Source: a virus | Lineage: Duplodnaviria > Heunggongvirae > Uroviricota > Caudoviricetes | Reading direction: 5' to 3' (one strand) | DNA length: 30,367 bases | IMG/VR virus record: IMGVR_UViG_3300036885_000228 | Span: 1 to 30,367 of that record | In this document: positions 23,336-30,367 of the stretch, in pieces | Position numbering within the stretch: position 1 is the stretch's first letter | How the letters are laid out: each line of letters opens with the position of its first letter | Translations under genes and position numbers: made by a program | The notes under the pieces: model-generated | Told to the model about the DNA's origin: nothing | The model's input: the letters and a program-made list of their open reading frames with translations, nothing else | Databases searched by the model: none

Positions 23336-24592
23336 ATGAAAGCGGTGATAATAGACAAAAAATACAGTAATAGATATTATTGGGTGAAAGATTCAACAAA
23401 AGGACACTACATAAATTTTCATGACTATCAAGCAATTGTGAATTCTTCTGAAGCAGTTGAACTTCTTAAAAATGATGAGTTTCAATTCATTCCAGAATTA
23501 TCAGATTATGCATGTGTATTTAATCCCGAGACATGGACTGAGAAATATAAAAAATTGTATTGGGAAGCAAATGCAGACATCTATTCAGGATTTGGAAGTG
23601 TTTCAATGAATGCAGTCAAATCATTATCAAAAAATGGAATTGATGTATGTTTTGGGGGAGAAAGATTTGATGAAAAGACATTTCCCGATAAAGAATTTGA
23701 TGCACTTAAAAAGAATACAGATCCAGATTGTATAATGATACAATATCGTCAACCCGGTCAATATCGGAGGAAGATGACAGAACGAATGTTTGGTTATACA
23801 CCTTGGGAGACTACAAAAATACCAGATTCTTGGATAGACCGAATGAATGAGATGGAAGGTATATTTACGACATGTAAACAAAATAAAGAAGCATTTATTA
23901 ATAGTGGAGTAACAGTACCAATTTATGTTTACTATCATGGTATTAATCCGAAAGATTATCCATTTATAAATCGTCCCGAAGATCCAGTTTGGGTTTTTGG
24001 TACACTTGGACGTCTTTCAGTTAGAAAAGGAACTGACTTGGTTGTGAAAGCATTCAAGGAAGAATTCAAAACTGAACGAGATGTTGCTCTAATACTTAAA
24101 TCAAGTGATGCATTAGTACCATTTGAAGGAATTAGTAATTTAAAAACTACAAGAGATCCAAGAATTACAGTCATCGGTGAAGTATTAAGTCATGAAAAGA
24201 AATTAGAATTATATAAGACAATAGATTGTTTCGTATTCCCTTCAAGAGGTGAGGGATTTGGTCTTCCTCCTCTAGAAGCAATGGCAACAGGATTACCAGT
24301 AATCATGACGAATTGGGCAGGACTTTCAGAATTTGGAAATGTAGAAGATACAATGCTATTGGATTATAAGATGACTAAGGCTGAAAATTTTACTAAACAA
24401 ATTTACAAAGAAGATTGCGGATATTGGTCAGAACCAAATTTTGAACAACTAAAAAAGTATATGAGATGGTCTTATGAACACAGAAAAGAATCAAGAGAGA
24501 TGGGAGAAAAATCAAGTAAGCGAATTAATAAAGACTGGACTTGGGATAAAGTCACTAATAAATTCATCAAACAGATTAATAAAATAATTTAA
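23336..24592 (+). CDS. GT-B fold glycosyltransferase (GT4-like)
   Basis: YTPWETTKIP, YYHGI, FGTLGR...RKG, DCFVFPSRGEGFGLPPLEAMATGLPVI. Confidence 0.92.
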   Translation: MKAVIIDKKYSNRYYWVKDSTKGHYINFHDYQAIVNSSEAVELLKNDEFQFIPELSDYACVFNPETWTEKYKKLYWEANADIYSGFGSVSMNAVKSLSKNGIDVCFGGERFDEKTFPDKEFDALKKNTDPDCIMIQYRQPGQYRRKMTERMFGYTPWETTKIPDSWIDRMNEMEGIFTTCKQNKEAFINSGVTVPIYVYYHGINPKDYPFINRPEDPVWVFGTLGRLSVRKGTDLVVKAFKEEFKTERDVALILKSSDALVPFEGISNLKTTRDPRITVIGEVLSHEKKLELYKTIDCFVFPSRGEGFGLPPLEAMATGLPVIMTNWAGLSEFGNVEDTMLLDYKMTKAENFTKQIYKEDCGYWSEPNFEQLKKYMRWSYEHRKESREMGEKSSKRINKDWTWDKVTNKFIKQINKII

Positions 24593-24598
24593 AATTAT

Positions 24599-24784
24599 AT
24601 GCCAGTAATACAAGGGCAAAACAATTACAAAGTCGTAGAAGTCACAGGATTTACTTCAACATCAGCAATTCAAAATGAATTGAATGCAGAAGAAAAATTA
24701 TTGTACTATCTAAACTCCGTCGTTACGATTGGAGCTAAAGTTTACTTTATTTTCGGAACTCAGTCCGTGAATAGATTGAGCTAA
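24599..24784 (+). CDS. Small hypothetical protein
   Basis: ORF track; tightly packed in the operon. Confidence 0.65.
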   Translation: MPVIQGQNNYKVVEVTGFTSTSAIQNELNAEEKLLYYLNSVVTIGAKVYFIFGTQSVNRLS

Positions 24785-24792
24785 ATAATGAT

Positions 24793-25794
24793 ATGGCAGT
24801 TACAAGGAACATACAAATCACTTGGAATACAGTTCCAGGGACTGTTAATTACAAAGTTTATCGGAAAAAGATTCAACCAAAAGCATCGAATTATACTTTT
24901 GTCAGTAATGTTGCTGCTCCAACATTGAATTATACATTTACTGGTTCAGATGTTGATGAACTTGACGTATATAAAGTTGAAGCGGTCAATGCTTCAGATG
25001 TGATTATCAGTGACTCAAATGCAATTCAAGAAATTTATTTTCCGAATAAATCAGGAGGGGTTTATGAGACAAATTTGTCGACTCCAGACGGTCAACCAGC
25101 AAGTAATCCAGTCGATATACCATATTTGTCAAAAGATGAATTTATTCTGTCACCTATTGCTAATGGTTTGGGTATTAATTCAAGTTCAGATATGTACACG
25201 AATGGTTCTCTTGATAGAATTCTTTTACAAGCTTCATCTCATGTTAATCGATATTGTCGGAGATATTTTCAAAAACAAACTATTGATGAGACATATCCTA
25301 ATCTTACAATTCAAGTATCGAATCCTCGATTGACAGTTATTCCATTGAGGAATTCTCCAGTTCAACGGATCAATTCAGTTACAGTTCAAGTGTTAAAATG
25401 GTTTATACCATTTAATCTTGAGTATTTAATACAACCATTTTACGAACAGCATTATTATCAAATTGTTCCACTTCTTTCTACTGCAGGACAAGGTGCACCT
25501 CTTGGGACTGGAACTCCGATTCCTTCAGTAATTCTTGAACAATCACAATTAGGAATTGTTTGGACTAATTATACTTGTGGATATGACATAATTCCAGAAG
25601 ATATCAAATATGCTACTACTTTAATTGCTGGAAAAATGATTGGATTAGGAAAATACAATCCATTAGGTTTGTCATCTTTTCGAACACAGACTACATCTCA
25701 AACATTTTCAAAAACTAAAGATGATAATCCAATTGATACTGAAGTTGCTGCAATTCTAGATCCGTATAAATTTGCAACATTGAGAATTACTTAA
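24793..25794 (+). CDS. FN3-like domain fused to a head-tail connector/adaptor (gp6/gp15-like)
   Basis: ITWNTVPGTVNYKVYRK; L..IL.QAS..VNRYC.R.F...Y.CGYD.IPEDIK.AT..IA. Confidence 0.75.
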   Translation: MAVTRNIQITWNTVPGTVNYKVYRKKIQPKASNYTFVSNVAAPTLNYTFTGSDVDELDVYKVEAVNASDVIISDSNAIQEIYFPNKSGGVYETNLSTPDGQPASNPVDIPYLSKDEFILSPIANGLGINSSSDMYTNGSLDRILLQASSHVNRYCRRYFQKQTIDETYPNLTIQVSNPRLTVIPLRNSPVQRINSVTVQVLKWFIPFNLEYLIQPFYEQHYYQIVPLLSTAGQGAPLGTGTPIPSVILEQSQLGIVWTNYTCGYDIIPEDIKYATTLIAGKMIGLGKYNPLGLSSFRTQTTSQTFSKTKDDNPIDTEVAAILDPYKFATLRIT

Positions 25795-25816
25795 TAAATA
25801 AGGTGGTTATACTAAT

Positions 25817-27340
25817 ATGGCTATACAACAACCGCAGAGTACAGACCTGCTAAGTAGTCCAGACCATGCAAAATCTCATAGAGTTATTGCTATTGATTCA
25901 GCAGCGACTGATGAGTCTTTTTATGTTGATTCGGCTAGTGATGGACAGTTTGCTAATAATGTAAACATTGCTTCTGGTAAGAAATACAAAATAAATAATG
26001 TCGATTTAGGAGCCTCTGATGTTGGTGCTTTAGCTACTTCTGGTTCTGTTACTGGTGCTACTTCTCAGTCTCAAGTTTTTACAAATGGAGCAACGTTATC
26101 AAACATGACATTGGGTTCAGTTATTTATGCTGGTGCTTCTGGAGTTTTATCACAAGACAATACAAAGTTATTTTACGATTCAACCAATAAACAATTAGGT
26201 GTTGGATCAAATGGTTTCCTTGCAAATGGTAATATAATTAATGCAATCATTACTTCAACTGCTAGTGGACAGATGAATTCTCAGAATTTAAGTTCTACTG
26301 GTTCAGCTTCATCTGATTTAGTTGCTACTGCTGATACAGGAACCAATGCTACGAATTATGTAGATCTTGGAATAAATTCATCCGTTTATAACGATGTAGG
26401 ATATACGATTACTAGTTCTCTTGATTCATATTTGACTAATCTTGGAGGAAATTTAATAATCAATACTGGAACTGCTACAAAAAACATAGTATTTGGAACT
26501 GGTGGAAATTTATCAGCTAATACAAGAATGACATTAAGTGATTCATTGTTGAATTCATTAGTAAATATCACTACCCCTAATCTTAATTTTGGTTATACGT
26601 CTACTGCAACTACTGGAGGAACAACGACTTTGACTGTTAGTAGTAATAATCAACAATATTTTACTGGGACATTAGCACAAACAGTTGTGATGCCAGTTGC
26701 TTCAACATTGACTCTTGGTATGAGATGGAGAGTTATAAATCAAAGTACTGGTGCGGTAACTGTTCAATCTTCTGGTACAAATACAATTTTAATTTTAGCT
26801 GGGGGAACTTCTGCTATTTTCACCTGTATTCTTGCATCAGGAACAACTGCTGCTTCTTGGGCATACATTTATTCTGCTGCTAGTTGTGCTTCTGGTAAGG
26901 CAGCAACGTTCAGTAATTCTATAACTTTTGCTGGAACTGATGCAACCACTCAGACTTTTCAGGCTACAGACACTATTGTTGGTCGTGCTACTACTGATAC
27001 ACTGACGAATAAGAGAAATCAACCTCGTGTTTATAATACTGCTTCAAATACATCACTTACTCCAGAAATAGCTACTTATTCTGAATTTGAAATAACTGCA
27101 TTAGCTGGAGCTATTGCAATAAATAATCACTCTACTTCGACACCGACTGCAGGAGAGAAAATGATTATTACTTTATTAGACAATGGAGTTTCTAGAGCAA
27201 TATCATTCGGTAATAAATATCGTGGATTGCTTTATACTTTACCGACTGCAACTACGGTTTCACATAAGATGGTAATGGGTTTTAGATGGGATAATACTGC
27301 TAGTTATTGGGATTTAATTTCTTATGGTAATCAATTATAA
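25817..27340 (+). CDS. Beta-rich structural/fibre-like protein
   Basis: Ser/Thr/Gly/Asn-rich modules, TDTLTNK linker, C-terminal LPTATT...F.W....WDL. Confidence 0.65.
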   Translation: MAIQQPQSTDLLSSPDHAKSHRVIAIDSAATDESFYVDSASDGQFANNVNIASGKKYKINNVDLGASDVGALATSGSVTGATSQSQVFTNGATLSNMTLGSVIYAGASGVLSQDNTKLFYDSTNKQLGVGSNGFLANGNIINAIITSTASGQMNSQNLSSTGSASSDLVATADTGTNATNYVDLGINSSVYNDVGYTITSSLDSYLTNLGGNLIINTGTATKNIVFGTGGNLSANTRMTLSDSLLNSLVNITTPNLNFGYTSTATTGGTTTLTVSSNNQQYFTGTLAQTVVMPVASTLTLGMRWRVINQSTGAVTVQSSGTNTILILAGGTSAIFTCILASGTTAASWAYIYSAASCASGKAATFSNSITFAGTDATTQTFQATDTIVGRATTDTLTNKRNQPRVYNTASNTSLTPEIATYSEFEITALAGAIAINNHSTSTPTAGEKMIITLLDNGVSRAISFGNKYRGLLYTLPTATTVSHKMVMGFRWDNTASYWDLISYGNQL

Positions 27341-27362
27341 TAATTAATTTAATTCAAAAAAT

Positions 27363-27644
27363 ATGGATAACGTAAAACGTTTAATAGACGTACAAGCACA
27401 AGCTTTAGCTACAGATATTGAAGTCATTGATGACCAAACTGTTCAAGCCACGATTACTGTTCCTGAAACAAAGGAGATTCATGCTTACGATAAAACCTTA
27501 TTACAAAACACTGCTGTAGATTTGCAGAATCAAATTGATGACTTACAGGCTCAATTAGATAAAGTAAATGAATTATTAAGCAATTTTCCACTAGATAAAG
27601 TTCCAGGTGGAATTGCTAATCCAGCTGAGCAACTTGGTGGTTAA
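27363..27644 (+). CDS. Hypothetical protein with short coiled coil
   Basis: LQNQIDDLQAQLDKVNELL. Confidence 0.65.
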   Translation: MDNVKRLIDVQAQALATDIEVIDDQTVQATITVPETKEIHAYDKTLLQNTAVDLQNQIDDLQAQLDKVNELLSNFPLDKVPGGIANPAEQLGG

Positions 27645-27654
27645 AATATAATTT

Positions 27655-28542
27655 ATGGCAAAAATATTTCTAACAAGTGGAACAAGTTTTTCAGTGCAAA
27701 CTGATGGTTCTAATATCACGGTAGAATGCATTGGAGGTGGCGGAGGTGGAACTTCCAGCACTACCGTTATCATGGGTGGTGGTGGAGGTGAATATCGAAG
27801 GTCAGTTGTTGCTTATACTTCTGGTTCGGTTGTCCCGTATACGATAGGTCAAGGAGGAACAGGTGGAACGACTGGAAGTGCTGGAACAAATACTACTTGG
27901 AATACCAATGTCATAATAGCTGTTGGCGGAAATGGTGCCAATACTGCTCCAAATCCTGGCCGTGGCGGACAAGGAGGGACTGGAACTGTTGGATATAATG
28001 GAGGAAATGCTTTAGGCCCTGGAGGTTATGCAGGTGGTTCTGGAGGTGGAGGAGCTGGTGGCCCTACTGGCATTGGACAATCAGCGGGTTCTCGTACTGG
28101 AGGAGGAAATGCAAAAGGTGGTGCTGGTGGCGGAGGTGGAGGAAATGGAAATGCTGTAGCAACAACAAATGCTGGTACTACATCAGGAACAGACGGTGGT
28201 GATGGTTCGGGGGGTTCTGGTCACGGAGTTGGTTCAACTTCAAATGTCGCACCAGGTGCTGCTTCAAATGGTGGTGGTGGTGGAGGGAGTTTTTCGGATG
28301 GTTCTTATGCTGGAGGAGACGGAAGCACTGGAAATGATTTTAGTACTGGTTATGGTCCTGGTGGAGGTGGCGGTGGTGGAGGAAGAACTGCAAATGGAGG
28401 TAATGGTGGATTATATGGTGGTGGAGGAGGAAGTTCTGGATATCGTCTTGCTGCTGAAACTGGAGGTAATGGAGCTAATGGAATTATCGTTATAACCTAT
28501 ACCCCTGCACCTAGTAATTTTTTCCCGTTTTTTGAATATTAA
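27655..28542 (+). CDS. Glycine-rich domain protein (phage fibre/collar-associated type)
   Basis: TVECIGGGGGG...GGGGGEY...GGNGA...YGGGGG...GGNGANGIIVITY. Confidence 0.8.
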   Translation: MAKIFLTSGTSFSVQTDGSNITVECIGGGGGGTSSTTVIMGGGGGEYRRSVVAYTSGSVVPYTIGQGGTGGTTGSAGTNTTWNTNVIIAVGGNGANTAPNPGRGGQGGTGTVGYNGGNALGPGGYAGGSGGGGAGGPTGIGQSAGSRTGGGNAKGGAGGGGGGNGNAVATTNAGTTSGTDGGDGSGGSGHGVGSTSNVAPGAASNGGGGGGSFSDGSYAGGDGSTGNDFSTGYGPGGGGGGGGRTANGGNGGLYGGGGGSSGYRLAAETGGNGANGIIVITYTPAPSNFFPFFEY

Positions 28543-28595
28543 AAGGACATTTAAGAGATGATTTTACTGGTTAATACAATCTAAAGAATTTTAAT

Positions 28596-30367
28596 ATGGC
28601 TTGGTATAACGCTTCGTGGAATTATAGGTTTCAACTTACAGTAGACAAGACTAAAGTTGGGTCAGCTCAGACTAGTTTCCCAGTATTCATTAATTTGGTA
28701 GATTTGGGTTCTGGTCATGGATTTTGGACACATGCAAAAACTAATGGGATTGATATTCGTATTACAAAAGCTGATGGAACAACTGAAGTTGCTCGTGAAA
28801 TAACTTCTTGTGATTTATCTGGAAAAACTGGAGAAGTTCATTTTTTATCAGATTCACTTTCAAGTTCATCAGATACTAAATTTTATGTTTACTATGGAAA
28901 TGCTGATGCTTCAGATTATGCAGTAACAGATACTTATGGTCGTAATGCTGTTTGGATAAATTCAAAATGGGTTTATCATTTTAATGATGCAAATGATTAT
29001 TCAGGAAATGGATTGAATCTGACTCCAGTCGGGTCACTAACTTATACTGTTGGACAGATTGGAAGTTGTGTAAATCTTGGAACTCAGGCTGGTGGAAAAT
29101 ATTTGTCGTATAATGCTACCTGTGGATTAAACATGGCAGCCGATTTTACTTTTACTTTGCTTTGGAAACAAGATGCTGAAGCTACTACTTTTAGGATATT
29201 ACATAGCATGTTAGATGGTGGATTTGTAGATTTAGCTTATGGTCACCCAACAAATTATCAATTACAGATGAATTGTAATAATGGAGATTATCTGTTAAAC
29301 ACAAATGTTTCTCCACCACTTGGAACTACTTGGCATATTTTTTCATTTACTTTGATTAGTGGTGTGGCGACAATGTATCTTGACGGTGTTTTTCAAGATA
29401 GTAAATCCGTAACACTTACTGGTGATGTAAGACATAAGTTTTATATTGGTTCAGATACTGCTGGTGGAACTCAGGCTGGAGGTTATATTGATGAAGCAAG
29501 ACTATTCCAGATTACTAGTGATTCTGGAAGAGTAACTACTGAAAATAATAATTTGTCATCTTCAAGTACATTTTACGCATTAGGTAGTGAGCAAACTCCA
29601 ACTTCTTATGAAGATAAAACTTTTACTACTGATTGTATTGTTGGCGGTTTAAATAGTACTCAAACTTTTACTGAAGACGGAACAATTAAATCTTCAAATT
29701 CAGATAAGGTTTTTACAGAAGATGGAATAATTTTTACTGATTATTTTGATTCATATACAAACGGAGGTTCTGTAACTGGAACAAGTTTGACATATTCTCA
29801 TACCTGTTCTAATATTGATAGAATTTTATTTGTTGGTGTAAGAGGAGATGTCACTAATGATTACGTGACTGGAGTCACCTACAATGGAGTTTCAATGACT
29901 CTCATTGATAAAGATTTATGTCCAGGAGATAGATATGCTTATTTCTATTATTTGAAAAATCCTGCTTCTGGTGCAAATAATGTTGTTGTTAGTGCGAGTC
30001 AGTCTATTTTACTTAGTGCTGATTCTGTTTCTTATTTTGATATTATACAATCAGGAGGATTAGATAATCAAAATAAAGTAGTTGACACATATAATGATAG
30101 TAGTTTAACAGTTCCAATAACGACTGTTGCTGATAATTGTATAGTTGTTGGAATGTTTCACTCTCAGGCTAATGCTACTGCTGGAAGTAATACCACTTTA
30201 AGGTCTGATGGGACTTCAGCAAGACCTCACCTTTGTGATAGTGGAACTGTCATATCTCCAGCAGGTTCAACATCTTTAAGTTTGAACTGGTTACAGACGA
30301 AAAGGTCTGTTGGTATAGTTGCATCTTTTGCTACTCAACAATCTGGAACAACTGATAAAACTTTTAC
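28596..30367 (+). CDS. DUF2341 + LamG/concanavalin-A-like structural protein, 3'-truncated (absent from ORF track because it has no stop)
   Basis: Hand translation MAWYNASWNYR...DIRITKADGTTE.ARE...FYVYYGN; then WVYHF..SGNG.NL...IDEARL; repeated DK(T/V)FT(T/E)D linkers; frame consistent to the window end. Confidence 0.8.
   Translation, partial: MAWYNASWNYRFQLTVDKTKVGSAQTSFPVFINLVDLGSGHGFWTHAKTNGIDIRITKADGTTEVAREITSCDLSGKTGEVHFLSDSLSSSSDTKFYVYYGNADASDYAVTDTYGRNAVWINSKWVYHFNDANDYSGNGLNLTPVGSLTYTVGQIGSCVNLGTQAGGKYLSYNATCGLNMAADFTFTLLWKQDAEATTFRILHSMLDGGFVDLAYGHPTNYQLQMNCNNGDYLLNTNVSPPLGTTWHIFSFTLISGVATMYLDGVFQDSKSVTLTGDVRHKFYIGSDTAGGTQAGGYIDEARLFQITSDSGRVTTENNNLSSSSTFYALGSEQTPTSYEDKTFTTDCIVGGLNSTQTFTEDGTIKSSNSDKVFTEDGIIFTDYFDSYTNGGSVTGTSLTYSHTCSNIDRILFVGVRGDVTNDYVTGVTYNGVSMTLIDKDLCPGDRYAYFYYLKNPASGANNVVVSASQSILLSADSVSYFDIIQSGGLDNQNKVVDTYNDSSLTVPITTVADNCIVVGMFHSQANATAGSNTTLRSDGTSARPHLCDSGTVISPAGSTSLSLNWLQTKRSVGIVASFATQQSGTTDKTF

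Noticed and set aside
1160-28495. Other minus-strand and alternate-frame ORFs in the track (e.g. 3366-3632, 8849-9247, 12879-13223, 15959-16297, 25010-25333, 28169-28495)
   Set aside because: They overlap well-supported + strand genes and show no motifs.
1-30367. Stop-codon reassignment (code 4, 15 or 25)
   Set aside because: Long ORFs are intact in code 11; TGA is used in ATGA overlaps (6275, 7501) and TAG ends genes cleanly (2340, 16509, 23264).

Overview
AT-rich tailed-phage (Caudoviricetes) genome segment with all credible genes on the + strand, standard genetic code. It runs from the end of a nucleotide-metabolism region (free-standing homing endonuclease, 45-aa stand-alone NrdD glycyl-radical domain, Nmad1-like protein) into the packaging and head module. 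That module holds terS, terL, an FkbM methyltransferase and a GT2, small hypotheticals, tRNA-Pro and tRNA-Met, a 1223-aa portal/kinase-like/DUF5661-like/MuF fusion, holin-like genes and an HK97-type prohead protease fused to an acidic scaffold. The major capsid gene is split into four exons by three group I introns, two of which carry endonucleases; the splice junctions are reconstructable and give a 331-aa protein. Downstream lie a lytic transglycosylase, two more glycosyltransferases, an FN3-fused head-tail connector and adhesin-like structural genes, the last truncated by the window end. The strongest novelty candidate is a family of four proteins sharing a K|GGxGSGGxREGAGRPxGS motif. In the three small ones it follows a leader that resembles the termini of the protease-scaffold, suggesting a capsid-targeting and proteolytic-release system for packaged cargo, possibly including a kinase-fold domain cut from the portal polyprotein. 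Family assignments come from recognised motifs, not database searches.
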